This document shows positions 54,745-63,732 of a stretch of 64,000 bases of DNA, piece by piece. A model generated the notes under the pieces. It made no database searches and had not been told where the DNA came from. It saw only the letters and a program-made list of their open reading frames with translations. The stretch is taken from the NCBI GenBank assembly GCA_013151235.1, contig JAADIO010000032.1, forward strand, positions 2,166-66,165. Reading direction: 5' to 3'. This DNA comes from Deltaproteobacteria bacterium. GTDB lineage: Bacteria > CG2-30-53-67. The number at the start of each line of letters is the position of its first letter. The first letter of the stretch is position 1. The position numbers and the translations under genes are program-made.

Positions 54745-55856
54745 TTTCGATTCTGAAAGGGGCGGGCGTCGATCTTCTAGCGACCCTTCCCTGTGACCGG
54801 GTGCGCAACCTGATCGCCCTTGCGGATGCATCGATTGACCGCATCCCTCTGACCCGGGAAGAAGACGGCGTCGGGATTTGTGCCGGAGCGGCCCTGGGCG
54901 GGCGGCGGCCGGCCATGATTGTTCAAAGCTCCGGGATCGGCAATATGATCAACGCCCTTCTCTCCCTGACCGGATTCTATGAACTTCCCTTGGCACTTTT
55001 CGTCAGTCAGCGGGGAGTCTATAAGGAGGGGATCGACGCCCAGGTTCCGATGGGCAAGGTCCTGCCGGGGCTTTTTGAATCCGTGGGGATCGGTTACACT
55101 CTGATCGACCGGTCCGAAGCGATCCCCGCCATCGGGAAGGAACTGGAGTCTCTCTACCGGGAGAAACGGATCCATGCTTTCCTGCTCAGCCCGGCCCTCT
55201 GGGAAGGCTCCCCCCTGGAGATTTCCCAGAGCCTCAAACGCCGCCATTGTGAAGCGATCGATCCTGAACGGGGTCGGGAGAATCCGGCCCCGGTCCTGAC
55301 CCGCTATGGGGTCCTTTCGACCCTCTGTCCCGAACTGGAAGGGCAGGCGGTGATCTGCAATCTGGGGGTCCCGTCGAAGGAACTTCATGCCCTCCTTCCC
55401 CAACCATCGAATTTCTACATGCTGGGCAGCATGGGATTGGCGACGCCCATCGGTCTCGGTGTGGCCTTCTCAACGGACAAACCGGTTTTCGTCATTGACG
55501 GGGACGGCAGTCTGCTTATGAATCCCGGGACCCTGGCGACGGTCGCCATGGCCCGACCGGGGAACCTGACCATTATTGCTGTTGACAATGCCTCCTACGG
55601 TTCCACGGGGGATCAACCGACCCTGACGGCCGGTTGTGTCGATCTGGAACTGGTGGCCCGTGGATTCGGTATCTGTAACTCTGTGAAGGCTGCGTCCCGG
55701 GAGGAGCTGCGGGAGGCGTTGCAGACCCCCTTCGGCGGTGCCCTCTTTGTCCATGCCCTTGCCCTGCCCGGAAATGCCGCCGTCCCCAATATCCCCCTGG
55801 GTGCCCGGGAGATCAAGGAGGGGTTCCAGGCGTTCCTGGAATCCGGGAGGTTATAG
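54720..55856 (+). CDS. comDE: Fused sulfopyruvate decarboxylase alpha+beta (ComD-ComE), ThDP-dependent
   Basis: 378 aa. The N-half DLLATLPCDRV...TREEDGVGICAGAALGGRRPAMIVQSSGIGNMINALLSL closely matches the ComD pattern. The C-half GSMGLATPIGLGVA...VIDGDGSLLMNPG...NASYGSTG carries the ThDP motif and matches ComE. The homologous phosphonopyruvate decarboxylase is the alternative assignment. Confidence 0.7.
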   Translation: MHSPEKELISILKGAGVDLLATLPCDRVRNLIALADASIDRIPLTREEDGVGICAGAALGGRRPAMIVQSSGIGNMINALLSLTGFYELPLALFVSQRGVYKEGIDAQVPMGKVLPGLFESVGIGYTLIDRSEAIPAIGKELESLYREKRIHAFLLSPALWEGSPLEISQSLKRRHCEAIDPERGRENPAPVLTRYGVLSTLCPELEGQAVICNLGVPSKELHALLPQPSNFYMLGSMGLATPIGLGVAFSTDKPVFVIDGDGSLLMNPGTLATVAMARPGNLTIIAVDNASYGSTGDQPTLTAGCVDLELVARGFGICNSVKAASREELREALQTPFGGALFVHALALPGNAAVPNIPLGAREIKEGFQAFLESGRL

Positions 55857-55891
55857 GAATGATCGTCTCTTGTGGGAGTGGATGCAAGGGT

Positions 55892-56731
55892 TCAAGGATC
55901 GGGGAGACGGCCACCGTCCGGAGTTGAAAAGTGATCGGGGTTTTTCCGATACTTTTCCGGGATGGTTGCGATCCTCGGTACCGGGCTCAAGGGGTATTGA
56001 TCGACCAGCAGCGTGCAGCCGTAACTCTTCCGTAATTGTTCCGCCGTCAAGACCTCTCCGGGGCGTCCGGTCTTTTCAATTTCCCCCTCCTTCAGAAGAA
56101 GAAGGCGGTCTCCGTAGAGGGCCGCCAGGTTCAGGTCATGGGAAATCATGATCACCGTGATCCGCCGGGTGCGGCGGAGCCGTTCCATCAGATCCATAAT
56201 GCGGGATTGGTGGGAAGGATCGAGGGAGGCCGTCGGTTCATCGAGAAAGATGATCCGGGGTTGCTGGCAGATGGCCCGGGCGATCATGACTCGCTGCCGT
56301 TCTCCGCTGCTTAACTGATCCAGCCGTCTTTCCGCCAGGTGTGTAATGTCGGTAAAGTGCATCGCCTCTTCGGCAATTCGGTAATCCTCACGTTTTTCCA
56401 TGCTCCAAAGCCCGAGATGAGGAGAGCGGCCCATCAGGACCGTTTCCGTAACGGGAAAGGGGAAATCAAGGGGGACCTGCTGTGGGACCACGGCGAGAAG
56501 ACGGGAGAGGGATCGCCGTGAATAATGATGAAGCGCTTTGCCCAGAATGTTAATCTCCCCCCTTTGCGGCTGGATCATGCCGGCGCAGGCCTTGAGTAGT
56601 GTGGTTTTTCCCGCGCCGTTGGGGCCGATGATGATGAAGAATTCCTCCTCCGGGACGTGGAAGGTGAGCCCGTGAAGAATCCCTTTATGTGCATAGTCGA
56701 GATGGAGGTTTTCGACGGAGAGGGCGGTCAT
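55892..56731 (-). CDS. ABC transporter ATPase, BtuD/FecE-type (cobalamin/iron-chelate uptake)
   Basis: 279 aa. Walker A GPNGAGKTT, signature LSSGERQRV and Walker B IIFLDEPT. Confidence 0.85.
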   Translation of the reverse strand: MTALSVENLHLDYAHKGILHGLTFHVPEEEFFIIIGPNGAGKTTLLKACAGMIQPQRGEINILGKALHHYSRRSLSRLLAVVPQQVPLDFPFPVTETVLMGRSPHLGLWSMEKREDYRIAEEAMHFTDITHLAERRLDQLSSGERQRVMIARAICQQPRIIFLDEPTASLDPSHQSRIMDLMERLRRTRRITVIMISHDLNLAALYGDRLLLLKEGEIEKTGRPGEVLTAEQLRKSYGCTLLVDQYPLSPVPRIATIPEKYRKNPDHFSTPDGGRLPDP

Positions 56732-57735
56732 TGGTTTGCTCTCCAGAGAAGGTAGACAAAGAGGGGCGCTCCGATCATGGCCGTGATGATTCCCACGGGC
56801 ATTTCCCCTCCGACCGACAGGATGCGTGCCAGGAGGTCGCAGAGAATCAGGTAGGTTGCCCCCCCCAGGATGGAAGCGGGGATCAGCAGGCGATGATCCG
56901 GTCCCAGCACCAGCCGCAGGAGGTGCGGAATCACCAGTCCGACGAATCCCACCAGGCCGGACTGACAGACCACCAGGCTGACCATCAACGACGTCAGGAC
57001 CAGGAGAACCAGGGTGACGGTTTTGACATTTACCCCCATGGAGAGAGCGCTTTCCTTTCCCATTACGAGGAGATTCATCGGACGGGCCAGCAGAAAGATG
57101 ACCAGGAAACAGAGCAGGATCGGAAAGAGGACCGGCAGTTGCCGGGTGCTGACCCGGGAGAGATCTCCCATCAGCCAGAAGAGAATCTGTTGGACCTGTT
57201 CGGATCGGGTAATCGAGATCAGGAAGAGAATGACGGCGGCGCAGAAGGCATTCATCATGACGCCTCCGAGGAGCAGTGCATCCCTGCTCTGCCGGGGCCG
57301 CCCCATGACGAGCAGGAGGATCAGGCCCAGGACCGCCATACTGCCGGTGAAGGCCGCCAGGGGGACTCCCGGAAAAGGGGAAAGCCCGGCCAGCAGCCCG
57401 CCGATCGCCCCGATTGCCGAACCGCCCGAAATGCCGAGGATGTAGGGTTCGGCCAGGGGGTTTCGCAGGAGTGCCTGAAAAACCAGCCCGCCGAGGGAGA
57501 GGGTGGAACCGACGGCGGCTGCCAGGATGACCCGGGGAATCCGGATGCGCCGGATGATGGTGGCGGCGATTGAGTTCTGATCTCCGTAGCCGGCCAGGAT
57601 GGCGAGAGTCCCGGACAGGTCGCTGCCGGAAGAGCCCATGGAGACGCCGAGGAAGGCCGCGATCATCAGCAGTGTGCCGAAGAAGAGTGTGATCGTGATG
57701 AGCTTCCGGGGGAGAGGATGGAACCTAACGTTCAT
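56728..57735 (-). CDS. ABC transporter permease, BtuC/FecCD family
   Basis: ~335 aa, ~9-10 TM helices, with the AAAVGSTLSLGGLVFQALLRNPLAEPYILGISGG motif. Start set at MNVRF (57735). 4-nt overlap with the ATPase gene. Confidence 0.85.
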   Translation of the reverse strand: MNVRFHPLPRKLITITLFFGTLLMIAAFLGVSMGSSGSDLSGTLAILAGYGDQNSIAATIIRRIRIPRVILAAAVGSTLSLGGLVFQALLRNPLAEPYILGISGGSAIGAIGGLLAGLSPFPGVPLAAFTGSMAVLGLILLLVMGRPRQSRDALLLGGVMMNAFCAAVILFLISITRSEQVQQILFWLMGDLSRVSTRQLPVLFPILLCFLVIFLLARPMNLLVMGKESALSMGVNVKTVTLVLLVLTSLMVSLVVCQSGLVGFVGLVIPHLLRLVLGPDHRLLIPASILGGATYLILCDLLARILSVGGEMPVGIITAMIGAPLFVYLLWRANQ

Positions 57736-58690
57736 CGGTGCGCTTCCCTTTTTTCGCAACCTCCGGGTGAATAATCGCCAGCAGGGTCTCCAGTCCGTCG
57801 ACCAGGTGGGGAGTCGGACGATCAAAGAGGTCGGAATCGACAAGATAGATCTTTCCCTTCCGGACGGCCGGGATTTGCGGCCACTTCCGCCAGCTCCCTT
57901 TCAGCCATTGCGGGGTATGACCGCCCGCCATGGAACTGATGATGACAATCTCCGGTTGAAGGGTCAGAACCTTCTCCCAGGTCAACCGGGGATAAGGGGC
58001 CTTCCCTGCGGTCACATTGGTTCCCCCTGCCAGGGTGATCAGTTCGTTGATGGAGGTCCGGCTTCCCACGGAGACCATCGGTTCGGCATCAATCTGAAAA
58101 AAGACACGAGGTCGGGTGTGGGTCCGGGCGACACGGGAGCGGACCCGGTCGATCCGCCGTTCCATATTCCGAACGATTTCCTCCGCACGGGTGGAAGCGT
58201 TCAGAAGATCTCCGATCCCTTTGATAGTCGTCATGATCCCCTGAAGGTTTAATGGATTGACGACATAAACCGGGATTCCGAGGGCCTCAATTCGCGCCAC
58301 GATATATTTGGGATTGCCGTCTTTGATGGCCAGGCAGAGATCGGGGTGGAGAGCAACGATCCGTTCCAGGTCGAGGTGGACATAGGAGCCGACCCGGGGC
58401 AGGGCACGGGCCGCTTCCGGGGTTGTACTGAATCGGGTGACCCCTTTGAGGCGGGGGCCTTTGTTCAGAAGAAAAATGATTTCCGTGAGACTCGGTGCCA
58501 AGGCGATCACCCGCCGGGGGGAGGCCGGCACATCGACCCTGCGGCCCACCGGATCCGTGAGCGTACGGGCTGAGGCAATGGGAAGGAAAAGTTGGAGTGC
58601 GAGGAAGATCACCGGCAGGAGTATGCCGGGGGAAACTCTCCGAAAAGAGCCCTGTCGTCGATGGAGAATGTGCAGGAACGCAGGTATCAT
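57725..58690 (-). CDS. Periplasmic substrate-binding protein, BtuF/cluster-A type
   Basis: 321 aa. Signal-anchor N-terminus, then PRRVIALAPSLTEIIF...LHPDLCLA...PEIVIISS, typical of cobalamin/siderophore-binding proteins. Preceded by a cobalamin riboswitch. Confidence 0.8.
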   Translation of the reverse strand: MIPAFLHILHRRQGSFRRVSPGILLPVIFLALQLFLPIASARTLTDPVGRRVDVPASPRRVIALAPSLTEIIFLLNKGPRLKGVTRFSTTPEAARALPRVGSYVHLDLERIVALHPDLCLAIKDGNPKYIVARIEALGIPVYVVNPLNLQGIMTTIKGIGDLLNASTRAEEIVRNMERRIDRVRSRVARTHTRPRVFFQIDAEPMVSVGSRTSINELITLAGGTNVTAGKAPYPRLTWEKVLTLQPEIVIISSMAGGHTPQWLKGSWRKWPQIPAVRKGKIYLVDSDLFDRPTPHLVDGLETLLAIIHPEVAKKGKRTDER

Positions 58691-58727
58691 GCCGGTCTCT
58701 TCGCAATCCCAACGCCCGGGCCTGAAG

Positions 58728-58762
58728 AAAAAAAAACCCAGACCAATAAATATTGATCCGGG
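58728..58762 (-). terminator. Riboswitch expression-platform intrinsic terminator
   Basis: Minus-strand RNA CCCGGAUCAAUAUUUAUUGGUCUGGG forms a stem of ~11 bp including G-U pairs. It is followed by U9, 38 nt upstream of the btuF-like ATG. Confidence 0.7.
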
Positions 58763-58820
58763 GATGTCCCTTTTTATCCACAGAACCGGTCGGTGAATCT
58801 CTGACCTCGAAGATTCGGCC

Positions 58821-58985
58821 GCTCATTTCCAGGCAGGTCTTCTGACTCTCGGTTCGTCCTACTTACCGTGTCTTCCCATCGTATTTCCCGACAGTGACAT
58901 CTTTCGGTTTTCGTCCCCGATCACAGCGGCGGGCCCGTCCCCGTTTTTACGGGATTCCCTTCTCAGCTCCTCATGGAAGCACCTG
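58821..58985 (-). promoter_or_regulatory. Cobalamin (B12) riboswitch aptamer
   Basis: The minus-strand RNA contains AAGGGAAUCCCGUAAAAACGGGGACGGGCCCGCCGCUGUGA, ...CACUGUCGGGAA...GAUGGGAAG..., and a canonical B12 box AGUCAGAAGACCUGCC (58832-58847). Confidence 0.9.
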
Positions 58986-58996
58986 AAAATATCCGA

Positions 58997-59025
58997 ACTT
59001 TACTTGAAAAACCCTGCAGAGTCAA
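58997..59025 (-). promoter_or_regulatory. Sigma-70-type promoter candidate for the riboswitch-btuFCD transcript
   Basis: Minus strand TTGACT, a 17-nt spacer, then TAAAGT. The predicted start lies just upstream of the aptamer 5' end. Confidence 0.5.
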
Positions 59026-59077
59026 GTAGAAAAAGAGGTTCGGAAAGTTCATCTGCGATGAAGGGAATTCGAATTGC

Positions 59078-59106
59078 TTGACAAATCGAAAGGATCTCTC
59101 TATAGT
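59078..59106 (+). promoter_or_regulatory. Sigma-70-type promoter candidate for hsp20 (copy 1)
   Basis: TTGACA, a 17-nt spacer, then TATAGT. It lies ~40 nt upstream of the ATG at 59145. Confidence 0.6.
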
Positions 59107-59144
59107 TTGTACGTCATTGACACGATGCAGGCAAAGGAGCTTTT

Positions 59145-59585
59145 ATGGCAATCCGACGTTGGGATCCCTTCCAGGATTTTTCCTTGACCCAGGAACGGCT
59201 GAACCACTTCTTTGATGATTCGGTCTATTCGGCGTCGGGTCTGGAGACGGAGAAAAGCTGTGTTTTTATGCCGGCCGTCGATATCTTGGAGACGGGCAAG
59301 GATATTATTCTCCGGGTTGAACTTCCCGGCGTGAGAAAAGAGGATATTGATATTCAGATTGATGGAGAGGTTCTCCACTTACGGGGGGAAAGAAAATTCA
59401 TCCGGGAGACGGGCCGGGAGAAATATTACCGTATGGAATGCTCCTACGGTTCCTTCCAGCGGGCGTTTACTCTTCCACAGAGTATCGTCAAGGAGGAAGT
59501 CCAGGCCCAGTTTGATAAAGGGGTCCTGGAGATCACTTTGCCCATAGAAAAAAAAGAAAAGACCATTCAGGTGGAAGTGGAATAG
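59145..59585 (+). CDS. Small heat-shock protein (Hsp20/alpha-crystallin family)
   Basis: 146 aa. WDPFQDF N-terminus and an alpha-crystallin domain (PAVDILETGKDIILRVELPGV...GVLEITLP). Confidence 0.9.
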   Translation: MAIRRWDPFQDFSLTQERLNHFFDDSVYSASGLETEKSCVFMPAVDILETGKDIILRVELPGVRKEDIDIQIDGEVLHLRGERKFIRETGREKYYRMECSYGSFQRAFTLPQSIVKEEVQAQFDKGVLEITLPIEKKEKTIQVEVE

Positions 59586-59710
59586 AATCTTCCTGAATTC
59601 TTGTCCCCGAAATGAGGTTTTGTTAACTTTTCTTCCTTTCATCAAAGCTGTTTTTTCTGAAGTTTCCCCCAATTCCGTCTTTATATTTGATTTTTTATTT
59701 CCCGGCAACA

Positions 59711-59739
59711 TTGACAGAAGGGGACTCAATAATTATATT
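59711..59739 (+). promoter_or_regulatory. Sigma-70-type promoter candidate for dnaK with overlapping HAIR-like half-palindrome
   Basis: TTGACA, a 17-nt spacer, then TATATT. The string aTTGAca-gaagggg-ACTCAAt matches 10 of 14 positions of the HspR operator consensus CTTGAGT-N7-ACTCAAG. Confidence 0.55.
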
Positions 59740-59804
59740 TCAGACAGACTCATATTTTTGAAGAAAAATCTTTTTATTTTCGTTTCATAAGGAGGGACGG
59801 CAAA

Positions 59805-61715
59805 ATGGGTAAGATTATCGGAATTGACCTGGGAACGACCAACTCCGTGGTTGCAGTGATGCAGGGGAATGATCCGGAGGTAATTACGAACGAGGAAGGA
59901 GGTCGGACAACTCCCTCCGTGGTGGCCTACGGCAAAGACGGGACCATTATGGTCGGACAGGTGGCGAAACGGCAGGCGGTCACCAATCCGGAGAATACGA
60001 TCTTCTCCATCAAGCGTTTCATGGGAAGGCGGTACGGGGAAGTCAGTGAGGAGATGCAGCTCGTTCCTTACAAAGTGACCTCCGGGGCGAACAACGAGGC
60101 GAAGGTCGTCGTCAAGGGGAAGGAATATTCACCGCCGGAGATCTCGGCCAAGATTTTGCAGAAGTTGAAAAAGTCGGCTGAGGATTTTCTGGGAGAAAAG
60201 GTGACGGAGGCCGTCATCACGGTTCCCGCCTATTTCAATGACAGTCAGCGACAGGCGACCAAGGATGCTGGAAAGATTGCAGGGCTCGACGTGAAGCGGA
60301 TTATCAATGAACCGACGGCGGCGGCCCTTGCCTACGGCCTGGACAAGAAAAAGGATCAGACGATCGCCGTGTACGATTTCGGCGGCGGCACCTTTGATAT
60401 CTCCATCCTGGAGGTGGGAGACAATGTGGTGGAGGTCAAGGCGACCAACGGTGATACCCATCTCGGCGGGGACAACCTCGACCAGCGGGTCATCGACTGG
60501 CTGATTGCAGAGTTTAAAAAGGACCAGGGAATCGACCTGAGTTCGGATCAGATGGTCCTGCAGCGGCTGAAGGAAGCGGCGGAGAAGGCAAAGATTGAGC
60601 TTTCCACCGTACAGGAGACGGAGATTAACCTTCCCTTCATTACCGCCGACGCTGCCGGTCCGAAGCATATGAATATCAAGTTGACCCGATCGAAATTCGA
60701 GCAACTGATCGAGGACCTGGTGGATCGGAGCAAGGAACCCTGCCGAAAGGCCTTGGCCGATGCGAAGATCTCGGCCGGTGAGGTGGATGAGGTGGTCCTG
60801 GTCGGTGGTTCGACTCGTGTTCCCCTGGTGCAGAAGGTGGTCAAAGAGGTCTTCGGAAAGGAGCCGGGCAAGGGGGTCAATCCGGATGAAGTCGTGGCCA
60901 CGGGTGCGGCCATTCAGGGGGGGGTTCTGGCCGGGGATGTGAAGGATCTTCTGCTTCTTGATGTAACGCCGCTCTCCCTCGGGATCGAGACGCTGGGCGG
61001 TGTGATGACGCGGCTGATCGAACGGAACACGACGATCCCTACCAAGAAGAGCCAGGTCTTCTCCACGGCGGAGGACAATCAGACCAGTGTTGAGATTCAT
61101 GTGCTCCAGGGAGAACGGGAGATGGCCCGGGACAACCGAACGCTGGGACGGTTCCACCTCGTGGGGATTCCCTCGGCACCCCGAGGGCTTCCTCAGATCG
61201 AGGTCTCCTTTGATATCGATGCCAACGGGATTGTGAATGTTTCCGCCAAGGACCTCGGGACCGGGAAGGAGCAACAGATTACGATCACCTCCTCCAGCGG
61301 TCTTGCGGAAGACGAGATTGACCGGATGGTCCATGAAGCCGAGTCCCATGCCGAAGAAGACAAGAAGAGGCGTGAGGCCATTGAGACCAAAAACCAGCTC
61401 GATAGTCTGATCTATAATACGGAAAAGACCTTGAATGAAAACAAGGACAAGCTGACCGAAGAGGACCTTAAAAACGTGGAAGAGGCGCTGGAAGAGGGGA
61501 AGAAGGCGCTCACCTCCGAAGAGACGGAGCCGATGAAGACGGCCATGGAGAAAATTACCCAGGCGTCTCATAAACTGGCGGAAGTTATCTACCAGCAGCA
61601 TGCCCGGCAGCAGGCTGCCGGACCGGAAGGGGGGGGCGGTGAGGCGACGGCCGAACCTGCGTCGGAGGAGGCGGAGGCCGAAGTTGTGGACGCGGAGTTC
61701 GAAGACGAAAAATAG
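59805..61715 (+). CDS. dnaK: Molecular chaperone DnaK (Hsp70)
   Basis: 636 aa. [17 protein letters not shown] and [10 protein letters not shown] signatures, with an acidic EEVD-less C-terminal tail. Confidence 0.98.
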   Translation: MGKIIGIDLGTTNSVVAVMQGNDPEVITNEEGGRTTPSVVAYGKDGTIMVGQVAKRQAVTNPENTIFSIKRFMGRRYGEVSEEMQLVPYKVTSGANNEAKVVVKGKEYSPPEISAKILQKLKKSAEDFLGEKVTEAVITVPAYFNDSQRQATKDAGKIAGLDVKRIINEPTAAALAYGLDKKKDQTIAVYDFGGGTFDISILEVGDNVVEVKATNGDTHLGGDNLDQRVIDWLIAEFKKDQGIDLSSDQMVLQRLKEAAEKAKIELSTVQETEINLPFITADAAGPKHMNIKLTRSKFEQLIEDLVDRSKEPCRKALADAKISAGEVDEVVLVGGSTRVPLVQKVVKEVFGKEPGKGVNPDEVVATGAAIQGGVLAGDVKDLLLLDVTPLSLGIETLGGVMTRLIERNTTIPTKKSQVFSTAEDNQTSVEIHVLQGEREMARDNRTLGRFHLVGIPSAPRGLPQIEVSFDIDANGIVNVSAKDLGTGKEQQITITSSSGLAEDEIDRMVHEAESHAEEDKKRREAIETKNQLDSLIYNTEKTLNENKDKLTEEDLKNVEEALEEGKKALTSEETEPMKTAMEKITQASHKLAEVIYQQHARQQAAGPEGGGGEATAEPASEEAEAEVVDAEFEDEK

Positions 61716-61956
61716 GAACGGCACAGCTCACCTCTCTTTTGCCGAATGACTGGTTACGCCTTTGGCGTGACCCGCCTTAGATTTATCTTTGCCGCTTTCA
61801 GCGGCTCTGATGAATAAGGGATCTGGGGGTGTTGCGGTGCTCGAATCCTCAACGTATGACATATACGTTTCCGGTTCTGTGCTCCGCGCGCCTTGTCCTG
61901 CGGTAAAATCGAGGCAACCTGAACGGTTCCACACCATATGAGAAAAGGATACGATT

Positions 61957-62406
61957 ATGTCGATGAAAAAATGGGACCCCTTCCGGGATCTTCTATCGAT
62001 TCAGGACCGGATGAATCAGCTCTTTAATGAAACCCGGGCCCTGCAACCGGAGAGAGGGGAGGACTTCTGCAAGGGAAGTTGGTCGCCGCCGGTCGATATT
62101 TATGAAAACGGTCCCGATATTGTCCTGAAGGCGGAGATCCCGGGGATCTCTCAGGATGAAATCGAAATCAAGATCGAAGACGATACCCTGGTCCTGAAAG
62201 GGGAGAGGAAGTTCCGGAAAAAGACGGATGACGAGAACTATTACCGGATCGAACGTTCCTATGGGACGTTTGTTCGATCCTTTACCCTGCCGAACAGTGT
62301 CGATCAGGAGGGGGTCAAGGCCACCTATGAGGCCGGCGTTCTGAAGATCGTTATGCCGAAAAAAGAAGATAAAAAACCGAAGAGCATCCGGGTGAAAGTC
62401 GATTGA
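61957..62406 (+). CDS. Small heat-shock protein (Hsp20 family), copy 2
   Basis: 149 aa. WDPFRDL, then [21 protein letters not shown]...GVLKIVMP. Confidence 0.9.
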   Translation: MSMKKWDPFRDLLSIQDRMNQLFNETRALQPERGEDFCKGSWSPPVDIYENGPDIVLKAEIPGISQDEIEIKIEDDTLVLKGERKFRKKTDDENYYRIERSYGTFVRSFTLPNSVDQEGVKATYEAGVLKIVMPKKEDKKPKSIRVKVD

Positions 62407-62447
62407 TCCGGGGAACATCTTCGAAAAAGGATCCGATCCGATACGTT

Positions 62448-63368
62448 ATGGCAAAGCGCGGTTATTACGAAATTCTTGGTGTATCACGAAATTCCGGGGC
62501 CGATGAGATCAAGAAGGCCTACCGGAAGCTGGCCCGGAAATATCATCCGGACGTCAACGTGAATTCCAAGGAGGCTGAGGCAAAATTCAAAGAGATCTCC
62601 CAGGCCTATGAGGTGTTGAGCGATCCCGAGAAGAAAAAGCAGTATGATCTCTTCGGGGAAGCGGGAACAGGGCCGGGGGGGAACGGAGCGCGGGGAACCT
62701 CCGCCCGGGGTGCGGGGTTCGATGGTTTCGATTTCAAGGCCGGGAATTTCGGGCGGGGAGGATTCGGCGGGTTTGAGGATATTTTCAGTGATCTCTTTGC
62801 CGGCGGTGGGCGGGCACGACCGAGCGGTCCCCGGAAAGGGCAGGATGTTCAGTATTCCATGGAGATCTCTTTCGAGGATGCTGCAAAGGGACTGAAGACA
62901 AGGATCAGCCGGAACGGAAGCCGGATTTCCGTAAAGATCCCGCCGGGTGTTGACACGGGTTCGAAGATTCGGATTGCCGGGAAAGGGGAGCCTGGTGTGC
63001 GAGGGGGGCCTCCGGGCGATCTTTTTATCGTCACCAAGGTCCGTCCCCATCCCCTCTTCCACAGGAAGGGGGATAATCTCTATCTTGATCTACCCGTTAC
63101 CTTCGCGGAAGCGGCGCTGGGAACCAAGATCCGGGTGATGACCATCGACGGTCCGATCCAGATGACGATCCCCCGGGGGACTCAGAGCGGTCAAAAACTG
63201 CGCCTCAGGGGAAAGGGGATGCCTCACCTCCGGGGAGGAGGAAGAGGAGACCAGTTCGTTGTGGTGAAAGTGGCCGTTCCGAAGAAACTGGATAAAAAAT
63301 CTGAAAAGCTGCTCAGAGAATTTGAACAAATGACCCATGAGGAACCGCGGCGTCATCTGAGGTGGTAG
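62448..63368 (+). CDS. cbpA: DnaJ-class co-chaperone lacking the zinc-finger domain (CbpA-like)
   Basis: J-domain YYEILGV...[14 protein letters not shown], a G/F-rich linker and C-terminal substrate-binding domains. No CxxCxGxG repeats. Start set at MAKRGYY. Confidence 0.85.
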   Translation: MAKRGYYEILGVSRNSGADEIKKAYRKLARKYHPDVNVNSKEAEAKFKEISQAYEVLSDPEKKKQYDLFGEAGTGPGGNGARGTSARGAGFDGFDFKAGNFGRGGFGGFEDIFSDLFAGGGRARPSGPRKGQDVQYSMEISFEDAAKGLKTRISRNGSRISVKIPPGVDTGSKIRIAGKGEPGVRGGPPGDLFIVTKVRPHPLFHRKGDNLYLDLPVTFAEAALGTKIRVMTIDGPIQMTIPRGTQSGQKLRLRGKGMPHLRGGGRGDQFVVVKVAVPKKLDKKSEKLLREFEQMTHEEPRRHLRW

Positions 63369-63369
63369 T

Positions 63370-63732
63370 ATGGTTTCGGAAGAATATTTTACGATCAGTG
63401 CCGTGGCCCGGCAGTTTGACGTGCATCCTCAAACATTGCGTGTCTATGAGCGGGAAGGGCTGATCCATCCGCAACGTTCACCGGGGAATACGAGGCTCTA
63501 TTCCCGGCGGGATATTCAGCGGCTCCGGACGATTCTTAACCTGACCCGGGAGATGGGGGTGAACCTGGCCGGTGTCGAGGTGATCCTCCGGCTCAAGGAA
63601 CAGGTGGAGGCGTTGGAGCAGACGCAGGAAGAGATCCTCCGCTTCGTTATGGAAGAATTGCAGCCGATCAAAGGAAAGAGGGACGCCCTGGTCCGGATTC
63701 GGACGGGGCAACTCTGGAGAAAACAGTCATGA
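63370..63732 (+). CDS. hspR: MerR-family heat-shock repressor HspR
   Basis: 120 aa. HTH motif FTISAVARQFDVHPQTLRVYEREGLIHPQRSPGNTRLYS. The cbpA-hspR-clpB gene order is typical of HspR regulons. Confidence 0.8.
   Translation: MVSEEYFTISAVARQFDVHPQTLRVYEREGLIHPQRSPGNTRLYSRRDIQRLRTILNLTREMGVNLAGVEVILRLKEQVEALEQTQEEILRFVMEELQPIKGKRDALVRIRTGQLWRKQS

Noticed and set aside
58728-58736. A9 homopolymer run as a possible slippage or phase-variation tract
   Set aside because: It is non-coding. On the minus strand it is the U-tract of the riboswitch terminator hairpin.
59001-59028. Inverted repeat TACTTGA-N14-TCAAGTA considered as an HspR operator (HAIR)
   Set aside because: The CTTGA and TCAAG cores are 14 nt apart, against 11 nt in the HAIR consensus. 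The right arm coincides with the -35 (TTGACT) and the left arm with the -10 region of the minus-strand btu promoter, which explains the sequence adequately.
60129-61724. 531-aa ORF antisense to dnaK
   Set aside because: This is the classic long antisense frame opposite hsp70 genes. It has a biased Arg/Leu/Gly composition and no start context. dnaK on the plus strand is unambiguous.
61835-61850. tRNA-like T-loop string (GGTGCTCGAATCC) in the dnaK-hsp20 spacer
   Set aside because: The flanking bases do not form a T-stem, and no acceptor or anticodon arms can be drawn on either strand. It is not a tRNA or a tRNA fragment.
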